64,000 nt of DNA from Ignavibacteriota bacterium. GTDB taxonomy: Bacteria; Bacteroidota; Ignavibacteria; Palsa-1295. Position numbers and translations under genes: made by a program. Under the pieces are notes generated by a model that was given only the letters and a program-made list of their open reading frames with translations, searched no databases and had not been told where the DNA came from. The DNA lies in assembly GCA_963787835.1 (NCBI GenBank), contig CAWBEI010000002.1:352001-416000 (forward strand). The letters run 5' to 3'. This document shows, one piece after another, positions 29,250 through 41,182 of the stretch (position 1 is its first letter; every line of letters starts with the position of its first letter).

Positions 29250-29741
29250 ATGAATCATAGCAAAATAAACCTAAGCGCGATTGATTCGCTCATTAGCACC
29301 GGCGAGCCACTCATCACCGCGCTTTCGAATGCAGCGGCGCTGTTGTATAATTCGATCGAACGCATAAATTGGTGCGGATTCTATCTATTCGATGGCGAAA
29401 AGCTCGTGCTGGGCCCCTTCGGAGGAAAACCAGCTTGCACGACAATAGAGCTGGGAAAAGGAGTTTGTGGAATAGCAGCTTCAGAGCGCAAAATTATTCG
29501 CGTAGCGGATGTAAATGAATTTCCAGGCCATATCGCATGCGATCCGGCTTCGCAATCTGAAATAGTTCTTCCGATTATTCTTTCCAATAGTCGGCTTTTC
29601 GGTGTGCTCGATGTTGACGCTCCCATGAAAAACCGATTTACAGACGAGGATGAAAAAATGCTCTCGAACGTAGTAATGATATTGGAGAGTAAGTTCAGCA
29701 CGATCGTCGAGCGTGCGGGTGGAATATCCTTGCTTGCGTAA
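29250..29741 (+). CDS. msrC: GAF-domain free methionine-R-sulfoxide reductase
   Basis: NW.GFY, LVLGPF.G.PAC..I..GKGVCG, FPGHIACD..S.SEIV. Confidence 0.92.
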   Translation: MNHSKINLSAIDSLISTGEPLITALSNAAALLYNSIERINWCGFYLFDGEKLVLGPFGGKPACTTIELGKGVCGIAASERKIIRVADVNEFPGHIACDPASQSEIVLPIILSNSRLFGVLDVDAPMKNRFTDEDEKMLSNVVMILESKFSTIVERAGGISLLA

Positions 29742-29744
29742 ACT

Positions 29745-31934
29745 CTATTTTTGCCCACCGAGAATCGAATCCAGCGGCGTCTCGACTTCTACTTTCACCG
29801 TGCGGCAATAATAGCGTCCTTCGGGAAGATGATTATCATAGAGCAAATTGGATGGGCCGATTCCCTTTGTGCTCGTGATCGATGCGGTTGGTTTATCTGC
29901 AATGATAAGATCGCGGACATTAAATGCGCGCGCTTCGGATAATTTTTGGTTGTGATCGAGTTCCCCTAAATTATCGGTGGAACCTGTGATCGTCGCCGTC
30001 GAAGCCGGATATAATGATTTCGCTACGAACGCGGAGATCATCCGCTGGTTCTGCTCATCGATCGAAGATTGGTCGAAATCGAACACGATGAGCGAGAGCC
30101 GGCTCAACTCGAATGGGTTGATCGTCTTGGAGGCCGAAAGTGCAACCTCCTGAGAAGAATGTGCTCCATTTGTGGAAGTCGCTGCAAGTGTAAGCGAGAG
30201 TGAATCCTTTGTGCTAAGTGTCTTTGCCAGAGATTCCACTTGTCCATCGCTTGGCTTCCAGGGAATTGTACTCGGCGGTGTACCCTCTCCGGACGATTCA
30301 AAGACGGTGTTCCCCTCAGAAGCGATCGTAAGATGCCAATTCCGAACTCCGATGGAACTCGACGCGCTTAATGCAATAGGGATGGTCTTCGGAACTGCCG
30401 ACTCCTCGCGAAATCGCTCATGCACGATCGGCTTGAGAATCTGATCGTTATCCGATGATAACTCCACCCTGCGGTTCTCTTCAAACCCCTCCGGATATTC
30501 TGTGCTTGATGGATTCTTCGGTACATCGGAGGTGGTAATCACAAGCCGTTCGGGATCGATCTTCCAGACACTATTCAAATAATCACGAACAGCAAGCGCG
30601 CGCCGCTGCGCCAGATCCTTTTCAACATCTTCAATCCCTTCGGAACCGGACTTACCCTCGCGGCCGTCCGTGGTACCATTGATCGTGAGCTTCGCACCCG
30701 GATTTGCCTGCATACGGCTACCAACCACATTCAGGATCTGATAATAAGATTCCAGCGAACGATGAGGAAGTTCACTTTCACGAAATTGCATAGCTGCATC
30801 GGGAGCGATCTGCGCATATCGGTCCGGAAGCACCGCACTTGCGCTATCGAAAAAGATGTAAGGAAGAATTGGGAACGTCTCGGTAACCGTCGTTTCTATG
30901 ATGTGGAATGGTTCACTCGCCATGGGCTCCACGGTGACCTTCGGCGCAAATGCGTTTGGATTTTCGTGTTGAACAACGGGTGGAGGAGCTGGCTTTTCCG
31001 GTGGAAGAAGTGGCTCTTCTGTCGCTCCATTCGGCGGACGGTTCCATCTGACTGCCACCCCTACACTAACCGAGGAGACACGCCACGACCTCCCAGACTC
31101 CACGGCATTCAGTGGATAATAATATGATAGTTCCGGTGATGCCGTAAGAATCGGCCCAAAAGGAAGTTCATATCCGACGGTTCCGGTAACCCCAAGCATC
31201 GTATTTACTCCCTGGATCGGCCCCGCGCCATCCGTGAGCGTCGTGGAATTATTCTGCGGATAGACCACGCCTTGTGGCGAAAGGATCGACTCCGTCTGTT
31301 TATAGGTCGCAAGGTGTCCGAGTGGAACTCCCGCGTTAAATTCGGCTAAGCAATAAGCTGCGAAATGCTTTATGGGAGTAAGGCGAAGGCCTCCTGAAAA
31401 ATCAATGTACGGAAGGTTCGCAGAGAACGAATTCTGACGAGTGAGCGGGACATAAACATTGGAATTTGGATTAAGAATAGTGAGTTCATTTGTCACACTT
31501 TGCCCAAAAGCGCCACCACGCTCTGCAAAGCCCAAACCAAACGTAAGATCGAGCCGTCTGTAAAAATTGAACGGTACTTCACCGAAAAAGTCGATCTGAT
31601 AGCCAGCACCGGTCCCGTTCGAAAACGTACCGCATTGCGGGCACCCGGCCACGATCTCGGAATTCGTTTGATGAAAATTTTCAAGATATCCCGCTCGAAC
31701 ACCTGCATGAAACGTTGAAGTAAGCGGATCGGAAGCTTGAGCACATGCCTTAAGTTGAAACCCGATCAAACCAAGAAAAATCGTCATTGCGAGGAGGATC
31801 GAACGACCGAAGGAAGTTCGATCCGACGAAGCAATCCCTCCACCTTGGTGAAGAGATTGCTTCGAAGCGATTGAAATGCTACGCCTTTCAATCGCTTCTC
31901 GCAATGACAGATTCATGATTGCGTTTCCTTCCAT
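29745..31934 (-). CDS. OmpA-family protein: beta-barrel-like N-terminus plus two OmpA-like domains
   Basis: Two OmpA motif sets (IFFD..G.TD..RRA..V..ENRRVE and VFDFD..GSTD..LS.ARA..RTV). Confidence 0.85.
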   Translation of the reverse strand: MEGNAIMNLSLREAIERRSISIASKQSLHQGGGIASSDRTSFGRSILLAMTIFLGLIGFQLKACAQASDPLTSTFHAGVRAGYLENFHQTNSEIVAGCPQCGTFSNGTGAGYQIDFFGEVPFNFYRRLDLTFGLGFAERGGAFGQSVTNELTILNPNSNVYVPLTRQNSFSANLPYIDFSGGLRLTPIKHFAAYCLAEFNAGVPLGHLATYKQTESILSPQGVVYPQNNSTTLTDGAGPIQGVNTMLGVTGTVGYELPFGPILTASPELSYYYPLNAVESGRSWRVSSVSVGVAVRWNRPPNGATEEPLLPPEKPAPPPVVQHENPNAFAPKVTVEPMASEPFHIIETTVTETFPILPYIFFDSASAVLPDRYAQIAPDAAMQFRESELPHRSLESYYQILNVVGSRMQANPGAKLTINGTTDGREGKSGSEGIEDVEKDLAQRRALAVRDYLNSVWKIDPERLVITTSDVPKNPSSTEYPEGFEENRRVELSSDNDQILKPIVHERFREESAVPKTIPIALSASSSIGVRNWHLTIASEGNTVFESSGEGTPPSTIPWKPSDGQVESLAKTLSTKDSLSLTLAATSTNGAHSSQEVALSASKTINPFELSRLSLIVFDFDQSSIDEQNQRMISAFVAKSLYPASTATITGSTDNLGELDHNQKLSEARAFNVRDLIIADKPTASITSTKGIGPSNLLYDNHLPEGRYYCRTVKVEVETPLDSILGGQK
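31782..31909. repeat. Family B palindrome in frame in the N-terminus of the OmpA gene
   Basis: Encodes SLREAIE..KQSL..GIAS..LLAMT. Confidence 0.85.
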
Positions 31935-31936
31935 TA

Positions 31937-34900
31937 TTACCGTATGACGACAAACCTCTCGCTTGCACGGTAATCTCCGGCATGGAAGATGATGGAATAG
32001 GCTCCCGAAGGAAGATTTTGGGTATTGAATGTCACATGATAGCTGCCACCTTTGTAGGCAACAGTACCATCCATTGGCTTTAGAACGGTCACTCCGAGGC
32101 TGTTAATTATATCAAGCTCGGGGTTTGCATCCTCCATAAATGAAAGATCTATTCCAGCGAGGTCCGAAGCGGGATTCGGATGAACAGCGGTGATCGAATT
32201 CGATCCACTGACAAAAACAAGCGTAGTAATATTGCATTGCGGGCCAACATTCACAATGCTTGTATCGCCGGCTGGGCGAGGTTTCACGAATAGAATAGAA
32301 TCGCTCGTGAATTCTCCCGGAGAAAGCATCATCGTTGAAGTGGCGCTGTCGGGCACTGTCATAAGGAATTTGACACGGGCGAACTCGCCGCTATCTACAT
32401 TCAGTGATCCCGGAAAGACTAAGTTAAGCGTGCCGGGAACATCCGTAACGACGGCTTGAGTATATGGTGAAGTTACGCTCAGATATTCCAACGCGCGAGC
32501 ATCATAATTTAGCGTAAACTTGACATCGAGAGGGGTGACCGGTATCGAGCGGTTGATGAATATGGGAACCTCAACGGTATCCATGATCAGCCCGCTGATA
32601 GAGCCGATGGAATCGGCACCGGAAATATCCGGTGCGAGGATCATCCGGAACGGGAACGGTGGTGCATAACCAACGCTCATCAGTGTTCCGGTATCAATAG
32701 CAACGCATGGTGAATCTGAATATGCAGTAATAGTAGTATCGAATACTGAGGAATCTCGCGGACAGAATGAAACGGTTAGCTGAACCGAATCGCCTGGCGG
32801 AAGTGTCACTGGAAGCACGGGAACCGTAACTTTATGCCACTTGGGCAGCGAAAGCGAGTCGAATCTCACCGCGATCTTCCCGGTGTTATAGACCGTAATG
32901 GTTTCATTCTTACAATCCTTCACATCGACCGTATCGAAATTTGTAAGTTTCGTTACCGAGATCATGGGCTGATCGATCTCGACAACGCCGTGATCCACAC
33001 CGGCCACAATTTCGAAAAAGACAAGCGAATCGCTATCGAAATTAATATTACCTAACGTTATTGGAAAAACAGCCGGCCCTCCGATCACCTTAAATTTTAG
33101 TGTGATGATCGCTCCCGCCTTGATATTTACGCCATTATTCATCGCGATATTAGCGCCATCGCTGGTATCCGTTCCGGTCACAGAATCGGTATAGGGCGAG
33201 AAGCCATTCAGCAACTCCAGCTCGGTCGTGTCATATCCTAAATGGAACAATATATCCATGTATTCCTGAGGAATATCGCGGCTGATCATAATTGGAAGAC
33301 TCAGGGTATCGCATGTGGAAAGCTGGAACGTATCCAGCCCGATGCGGGCGGTATCGAAGGCCATTTGCAATCCGAATGCCGGAGCAAAACCTGATCCCAT
33401 GACGAGCACGGTCGTATCTGTGCTGTTGCAGGGATAAATAGTATGGATTAGCATCCGCGCCGTATATACTTTGGGGGCGCGTGGCAAAAAGTTGACTTTG
33501 ATCGAGAAATTTTGGTTCCCATGAATGATCCACGGCAATGGCAGACCTGTCGATGCAACGGCGGTAAACACACCCTGATCCGGTTGGAAGGTCACTTTAT
33601 CGATCTCGACGGAATCCCCATCGGGGTTGGTGGCGACACCGGGAACCGTAATTGTAATAGGTTTCGGCTGGGCGGATGTATCTACTCTGGTCGGGGGAAA
33701 CTGCACGAAGGATACGTTCGGCACGAAATTCATTTCGCGCTCCCCGCTCACGATCGTGGTGAAGGAATCTTTCCAACCGGGTGTATGCGCATCGATGTGA
33801 AGGGTGTCGATCTTCATGAGGTTCGTAGCGATCGCCGGAATATTCGGGCAGAACGTGACTTCGAGTGTATCGAACGTTTGCGGCGGAATAACGATCGGTA
33901 AGGTTTGCATGCCTGTCGATTGAAGATACCAGTAAAACGTCGAGGGAGTAAGCGGCGTAACACCAAGACCATCGATCCATACCGAATCGATGGTGATAGG
34001 AATATTCTGGCTGTAATTTGCGAGTGGAATTGCACGCGTTGCACAATCACACGGGCGAACAAGCCCATAGTTCATAAAAGCGATAGGAACATCGAGCTTG
34101 ACCACTTCACCCGTACCCGTAAGCTCTCCCGAGTAGGAGTTCACGCACGGGGAATCTATAAATACTGTAAACAACGTATCATAGAGCTTAGGCAATGTCG
34201 GCTGGAACTCCACCTGTATCCACATAGAATCGCGCGGGCCAAGGACGGCGGGTAATGGAGGATTTTCGCTTAGCAATATGTAGCCATTGGGCATGCTAAT
34301 GCTATCGAGCCGTTCCGAGACATTGCTTGCATTCTGCAAAAGGATGAGATCCTGTTTCTGCCATCCTACTTCGACGTTACCATAGGTGGTAAGCGGAGTC
34401 ACATAAAGCCTCGGCGCAAGACTCGTACCGCGCAAGATGATCTCATACACCTCACCATCCGAAAGCGTAACATCTATAAATGCCTGATCTGCACGATCTA
34501 CATTTACATCATTCGGAGTGTACGTTACGTTAAAGGTAAAGGTTCTGATCATTTGCAAAAGGTCCGGCAGGAAGCAGATTTGCCATGCTAAATTTTCCGG
34601 TCGCATCGTTGAGCACACAACTCGCTATGGTCAGTGTTTGTCCCGAAATATTTTCCATCGTGATCGGACTTGTTTCCGACGAGCACCCGATCACTCCGGT
34701 AATATCTAAATACGATGGAGTGAACTGAAACGCCTGAAAGATCCCGGTTCCCTGAATGGGGATCGACTTCACTTCATAACAGCCCTCATCGAAGATCGAA
34801 AGGGTGTCATAATACGTGATCGGCTGGCGCGGACGGAACTGGATCGTGATCGGCTCCGTCTGACCGGGCAAAATATTATAGCTGCCTCCGGCAACGATCG

Positions 34901-36953
34901 TAAAAACATCGCCGATCTTCAAATAGGAGTCAATCGCCCGTTTGCCCGTTCCGCTATCGATAATTTCAGCAGATAATTGTGCGGTCTTTCCGATGGTCAC
35001 ATTACCAAAGTTGAGTTGCGGCGTCAGGAAATCAACATCGACCGAATAGCCTGCTCCCGTAAGTGGGATGGTCTTTACTATATCACATCCATGATAACTC
35101 GCCGAAACCGTTAGCGTCCCATTGATCGGGCCTGGTTTGCTGGGCTTGAACAAGGCATACGTGGGCTGATACGCGGTGAAGGGAGCCAAAGCCATCGGAA
35201 GCTGCAAGACCTGACCGAAAAAGTCTGCCGGATTAAATACCACAGAGTTAACGATTACGGAATCCGTTCCGAGATCTCTGTATTCCAAATTGACCGTATT
35301 ACTGACGAAGCCGGGGCAGACCGTCCCGAAATCCATCGAATCGAGTTCTTTGCCATTCGTTTGTAAGATTCCCAAAACATCCTGCACGGTTCCTGAGATC
35401 GGAATGATCCCGCTGCCCGGACACAACTCGTTACTGAAAATGCGCAAAGTATCTAAAAAAGTGTGAGTGGAATCGATCATATTCATACTGACCGTGAGCG
35501 AAACACACGCACCTGCTCCAAGCACATGCGGGAAGGAAAGGCCGGATAAAGCCAATGAAAAGTGGCCGCTATCGAGTGCGATATTTGTCAGCGTGATCGC
35601 TCCGGGCCCCGGATTGCAGATCGTGAGGCTATCTTTAGAAACGGTCGTTGTTTGGCAGCCCACATATAAGGTATCCAGTTTAATACGATCGAGGGAATAC
35701 TGAAGCTGCGTCTCGCGATTCACGTTGAGCGGGACATTAAGCGGGTCGCTGCAGCGGTTTGCATTCGCGATCGCAATGCCGGCCGAAACCTGCCCGATAA
35801 GATCGGTATGAAAATGAACGCTAAAGGTAGCTGGCACACCTTGAGTGAGTGTGATCGTTTTGGTCGAAAGCGTGAACTGCCCTTTATCCGGGCCATAAAG
35901 GCTAAGGGTAACATTATCGCCGCAGATCGAGGTATCGGTGAGAGTAAAAGTGAAATCCGTATCTTCCGTGCATTGCACATTCACATTTATGACTGCAGGC
36001 TGTGCCGAATAATTCAGCGGGATCGTGCGATAACTGGTATCGCATGCGGCGCCGCTGCGCATCAGACCGACATGATCGTTCCCTGTCGCATCGCACAACG
36101 TTTGGATGGACGATGCCTCGTTGCAGCGATAATACAACACAAGCCCCAGCTCGTTCTCCGCCAGCGACTGAAATCGTTGGCACGCGATCTCATTCGCACT
36201 TAGGGATCGATTCCAAAGCCGTACTTCATCAATTTGTCCGAGAAACGTACGATTTGTGTTCGGGTCATCATAGAGTCCGTTACAACTTCCGATTTGCAAC
36301 GGCAAAACATTATCTTCCGGAACATGCAGCTTGTTTAGGGGATACAGTGGGTTCGCTGCCGTTGCCACGAGCACGCCATCGAGGTAAATACGTGCCGCGG
36401 TAGAAACTGCGTCCCACTCAGCAGCCACATGACGCCAGCCGTTGGTGTAAAGATCAGGGACGTTCGCGATCGCGATGGTATTATCGCTATCGCCTTTATA
36501 GGAATTATCTTTGGATAGCGCGAAGACGATCTGGTTATTCTGAAGATAGAGCACCCATTGATCGTTCACGTCCCGATTGGGACCCCATAACCCTGCAATA
36601 TATTGAATTTTCCCTGGCTGCTGTTGCGGCAAGATCCACGCTTCGAACGTCAGGGCATTGCCGACATTATCGAGAATGTACGAGGTATCGACATCCACAT
36701 ATTGGGCGCCCTTGCCGTTCGTAACCGAGATGGTGAGCGCATTACCCACGCATTGCTTTTCACTATCGCAAACGGCCGGGAACTGTGCACAAGCAGAGTG
36801 AGGGGTACACACGATTGCCCCCACGATCAAAACAAAGAGTATCAGTCCCAAAGGGACGTAAGAAAATAGCCGGGGACGGAAGTCCCCGGAAGAGGAACGA
36901 AAAAAAAGAAAGAGTCCCGAAGGGACGAAAGAAGTGGGACGCATTATCAGCAA
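31937..36953 (-). CDS. Large T9SS substrate (LamG, multiple ASH/Ig-like and cohesin-like domains, CTD), split by a frameshift at ~34530-34546 (~1670 aa if joined)
   Basis: ORF 34530-36953 has the signal peptide and LamG; ORF 31937-34618 continues mid-domain (TFTFNVTYTP) and ends with an HPNP..G.Y CTD. Confidence 0.82.
36843..36932. repeat. AGTCCC..GGGACG compound REP in frame in the signal-peptide n-region; related copy at 60706-60778
   Basis: agtcccaaagggacg..atagccggggacggaagtccccgg..agtcccgaagggacg. Confidence 0.75.
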
Positions 36954-38561
36954 TTATCGAATTACTTCTACCATTTTCGCGATGCGCGCACTTCCCGATC
37001 GCATCGAAAGCAAATAAGCGCCTGTGGGCAGGTCGGTCGTGAGCGGAATCGTATAATTTCCTGCCGCAATCGTTCGAGCGAAGATCTGCTGTACGTTCTT
37101 TCCATCCATGGAAGCTATCGCTATTTCGGTATAACCGCCAACCGGCAATTCGAATGTAATATTTCCACTTGAAGCCATCGGATTTGGATACACCGATAAC
37201 GAAATTCCGGGAACCGGAGATTGGCTAACGCCCGCTGCGGGTTTGAAAAGCCCTACAAAGGGATTGGGCAGATCCGGTTGATTTTCAAGCACGGTCTGAG
37301 CATCGGTAAGCGCCATTCCGAACCAATCATGCAGGATCGATAGATACACTTGCCGAAAATCAAAATTGAGCGTAAGATCGCCGTTGGAATCCAAATTCAC
37401 CAGATCGGGTGGATCGCCAAAAACACCGCCATTGATCTGAGTACCAAACGCAAACTGCACCGATGCGGCACCGTGATCGGTTCCAAAACTTCCGTTATCG
37501 TGCGGGCGGCGTCCGAACTCACTGACCGTAAATCCGATAACGCGATCGGATACTTTCGGTCCCACCGTATCGAGTTGGATCATGTCGGATTGAAATTGCG
37601 CGATCGCATCGGCAACGGTGCCAAGCAATCCTGAGTGCGCGCCCGTCGAATGGGTGGGATCGCCGCCATCGACTTCGTTGACATGAAAATCGAAACCGCT
37701 CGTCCCGACGACATACACGCTGGTGTTCAAGCCTCCGGCAATTAGCGCAGCCACCGTTTGCATTTGCTGCGCGAATCCATCTTCGCCGTACGTGCCTTTC
37801 AGGTTCTTTAACCCATTCGAGTATGCGCTCGTAACACGCGTGGCATACGTATTTGACATTTCGGCAACCGATTGCACAAATGCGAATTCCGTCGCATACC
37901 GGGTTCCCGAAGCATTCGCGTCCAGCGAATCGTCGGTGGAGCTAAGTCCAGCGGCCTGGGAACTTGCATCATAGACCACAATTCCCATATTCCCGGAATC
38001 GCCTTCGAGCGCAAGTGAAAATCCACCTAGATTGATCGCAAGTGGATCGGTAGGAAGCTGCGAGGGAAAATTCGGATATTGCTTTTCAAGCATGCGGCCA
38101 AGCCAGCCGGTACTCAGTACATCGTTCGCATTGATATCGTTGATGCCGGAAAGCCAAATATCGGTCGAGCGAAAATGGGATAGATTCGGAGGGTTGTAAC
38201 CGATGCCGCGAATAACGGCAAGCGTGCCATCCTGAAACATCCCGTAAAAACCATCTTTGTTCCCATTCTGAAGTCCGGGATTGAAATACACCCCGCCATA
38301 ATTGAGAAGCGATTTTTGCGCGATGCCAATATTTGGCCGCAGCGTATAATACGTATCGTCATCAGCAGGGACGATGGTATTCAACCCGTCATTGCCGCCA
38401 AAAAGCTGGACGAGAATAAGGATATTATTATTGGCGCTCTGCGGCCCCATCTGTGCGAGCAACTTCAGCGGTGTCGAAGGCCGCGCATATACGTTGCCAA
38501 GCATCACCGGTGTAAGTGCCGCCGAAGCAAGCGAGCTTTGAAGAAATTTTCGTCGTTTCAT
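36954..38561 (-). CDS. DUF1501 protein with Tat signal and T9SS CTD
   Basis: KRRKFL; GGNDGLN, SHFRS.DIW, SEFGRR, GTDHG, DFRQVY; VYPNP CTD. Confidence 0.9.
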   Translation of the reverse strand: MKRRKFLQSSLASAALTPVMLGNVYARPSTPLKLLAQMGPQSANNNILILVQLFGGNDGLNTIVPADDDTYYTLRPNIGIAQKSLLNYGGVYFNPGLQNGNKDGFYGMFQDGTLAVIRGIGYNPPNLSHFRSTDIWLSGINDINANDVLSTGWLGRMLEKQYPNFPSQLPTDPLAINLGGFSLALEGDSGNMGIVVYDASSQAAGLSSTDDSLDANASGTRYATEFAFVQSVAEMSNTYATRVTSAYSNGLKNLKGTYGEDGFAQQMQTVAALIAGGLNTSVYVVGTSGFDFHVNEVDGGDPTHSTGAHSGLLGTVADAIAQFQSDMIQLDTVGPKVSDRVIGFTVSEFGRRPHDNGSFGTDHGAASVQFAFGTQINGGVFGDPPDLVNLDSNGDLTLNFDFRQVYLSILHDWFGMALTDAQTVLENQPDLPNPFVGLFKPAAGVSQSPVPGISLSVYPNPMASSGNITFELPVGGYTEIAIASMDGKNVQQIFARTIAAGNYTIPLTTDLPTGAYLLSMRSGSARIAKMVEVIR

Positions 38562-38577
38562 AACAGTGTGTTTATAC

Positions 38578-38706
38578 CGTCATTGCGAGGAGGAATCGCG
38601 TAGCGCCAGCGGAGCGATTCCGACGAAGCAATCTGTTCGCTGATTGCGAGAGATTGCTTCGTCGAATCGAACTCCCTCCGGTCGTTCAATTCTCCTCGCA
38701 ATGACA
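38578..38706. repeat. Family B palindrome, intergenic
   Basis: cgtcattgcgaggagg..ctcctcgcaatgaca. Confidence 0.9.
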
Positions 38707-38732
38707 GTCTCCAATATCTCATTTCACAAATT

Positions 38733-40358
38733 CTAACATAATTGGAAATCCGGCAACGCAATGATATAATTAAGTAAGTTCCGAATGTTTGCCGCCAACG
38801 ATGCTGTTGGCCCATTCAAAATAGATGGCCATTCATACGTTTCCGGCGTGCCCGCAAGCAGTGTTGCAAAATTCGTTGCGCGGGCAGTCGATAACGGGCG
38901 TGGAATCAGAAGTTGTCCAATCGCCGTCGAGAGCAGGTTCACATCCGAGTATGTTGCCACTGGAAATTGTTTGATGAACGCGATCGCGTTGTCGTCGCTC
39001 ATGGTTTGGATGATCCCGGTTGCTTGCGTTCCATGCAACGGATAGGTATTGGTCGTCAGCCAATCGTGGTAACCCGGCCAACCCGATACGTTCGGCGGCT
39101 GGAAGAATTGCTCGCCATCGTTCGTCATATTTCCATCGATTGCAAAGCCGGGGCTCAACTGCCGCGCAAGGCCGATCACGTATTCCGCCGGTGATTTGAT
39201 CTGGCAGCCGATATTATTATTATCGAAAAAGTGAGCGGATTTCAACAGCGCACTCATGACCGGTTTGATCTCCCAATTATTTTGAATGAAGAGATCGGCC
39301 ATAGCCGAGATCACGCTTTGCTCGGTGCTGTCCGTAGCGGAATCCGGATCGCTATACACGAAGAACTGATAGATCTTCGTGCAAATAAAGTTCGCAATGT
39401 AACTCTGAGTCAGAGGAGATTCAAATAGCGTATTGATAAGCTTATAAACTGAATTCTGCCGGACAAGATCTTCCGTATTTTCTGCTGTAGTAATTGCGGG
39501 AAAATCAGTTTGTAGATAAGTCCAGTCATGTGTAATATCATGTTGTGATGGAACAAAATAGGTTGCGTACATTCCATCCGGGTCTTCATCTTGAAGAAAC
39601 TGCGAAGCTCGCCAACCGGTAAGAATTGCTGCCGCAGCTTGTACATCGCCTTCTGTATAATGTCCAATTCCGCACGTAAACAATTCCATAAGTTCCCTCG
39701 CGTAATTTTCATTCGGCGCCGAAGCGGAATTCAAATTCCCACCGAGATAAACGAGCATTGCGCCATCGAGAGTAACATCTTGTACGAGAGACTGAAAATT
39801 CCCAAGGGCATTCGAGCGAAAAAGCTGATTTTGATTGTAAAGGAGCGGAGCGACCACATACATGTTATTACCGAGATCGAACTGCGTGGTGAAATGTCCG
39901 CTCCAGAACGCAGTCATTTTTTCCTGAATGGAGTTTGATGCGGTTACATGGAGCCCCGCCCACCATGCACGCAATGCACCGGCATCAGAGATCAGTTGAG
40001 CATAAATTTGACCTTGAAGCGTCACATTGTCAAAATTCGCGGGATCTTGCGTTGCATCGGTCGCGGCCGCAGGCGCGGTTGGTGTGCTCGTCGCGTTCAG
40101 CAGCAGATCAACTGCAGGTCCCGGACCTCCGAGCGCAACGAGGGCTTCGATGTCCGGCCATGTCGGGGCCATCATCGTGCGGCGCAGGAGATGGCCGGCA
40201 AGATATTCGTTCCAGGGATTGTTCGAGTCCGGTACGAATGGATCGAGTGGACTGGATAAGGGTGCGAATTGCCGTTTGGGTTTCCCGGGTGCAGAGTTCC
40301 CAGTCGGTGGTGGCAATAACGATGTTAGAAAATTACGGCGGCTTAAAGTTGGGGTCAT
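38733..40358 (-). CDS. DUF1800 protein with Tat-like signal
   Basis: SRRNFL; HLLRR, EKM..FW..HF, PNENYARELMELFT.G, PPNV.GW. Confidence 0.92.
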   Translation of the reverse strand: MTPTLSRRNFLTSLLPPPTGNSAPGKPKRQFAPLSSPLDPFVPDSNNPWNEYLAGHLLRRTMMAPTWPDIEALVALGGPGPAVDLLLNATSTPTAPAAATDATQDPANFDNVTLQGQIYAQLISDAGALRAWWAGLHVTASNSIQEKMTAFWSGHFTTQFDLGNNMYVVAPLLYNQNQLFRSNALGNFQSLVQDVTLDGAMLVYLGGNLNSASAPNENYARELMELFTCGIGHYTEGDVQAAAAILTGWRASQFLQDEDPDGMYATYFVPSQHDITHDWTYLQTDFPAITTAENTEDLVRQNSVYKLINTLFESPLTQSYIANFICTKIYQFFVYSDPDSATDSTEQSVISAMADLFIQNNWEIKPVMSALLKSAHFFDNNNIGCQIKSPAEYVIGLARQLSPGFAIDGNMTNDGEQFFQPPNVSGWPGYHDWLTTNTYPLHGTQATGIIQTMSDDNAIAFIKQFPVATYSDVNLLSTAIGQLLIPRPLSTARATNFATLLAGTPETYEWPSILNGPTASLAANIRNLLNYIIALPDFQLC

Positions 40359-40558
40359 GGCAGCGTCCGAAATCTGATGGGCAAAGTATTCGGAATATTT
40401 AAACGGCTTTCACGCCAATACATTCCAACACCCGCCATCTAACGAACACAGGCTCCTCAACAAAATCACAACTCGCATCACCGCGTACTGCTCCGATGGC
40501 CAAAGGCCGCAGGCAAACCAATCCTTTTTCGACTAATCCGCAGGTCGGCGCACGAGCT

Positions 40559-40765
40559 TCAATCGTACGCGCCAATCGAAGAGCGACCCATCGACGGACG
40601 GTCATCCGCCAGATCGAGGTCGCTCAAATAGACCTCCAGCGTCCGCTCCAGCAAACGGATCTCGTTGAGATCGAGCGCGAGATAGATCGGATCGCGCTCC
40701 TGGGTGCGCTCCGCGTCTCGGAGTTTTTGGCTGAGGGTCATCAAACGATCGAGTGTTGCAATCAT
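40559..40765 (-). CDS. Small hypothetical protein (68 aa)
   Basis: AGGAG RBS before ATG 40765; helical, acidic. Confidence 0.5.
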   Translation of the reverse strand: MIATLDRLMTLSQKLRDAERTQERDPIYLALDLNEIRLLERTLEVYLSDLDLADDRPSMGRSSIGAYD

Positions 40766-41182
40766 TTTCTCTCCTAAAAGTTGCTTCGTACCGATGTTCA
40801 CAAGATGTTCACATTCTTTTGCACGAATTTCAATTGGCAAATATACATTAATTTTAACGAAAAGTCAAGAGGTAAGTTCAATTTTGTATATAAAATCTAA
40901 CTTTTTTCTCCACAATATTTCTTTAAGACGCGAGTTATTAACATTCGCCTGTATTTTGCCCTCAGACACATGTTGATTACGCATCGTGATTACCATGAAA
41001 GATTGCGCTATCCTGAAATGCATTTCTATCCTGAAACCCGGCTAACTCCTTATAAACAAATCGTTAAAAAAATGCCGGAGCAACCGCCGTGAGATAATTA
41101 TGGTTTTGGAGTTTCATTATTAAGGGCGCCTTAGAAAATTCTTCCATCGCCTGACCATCCATCGCCGTTCGCAAACACTTTT

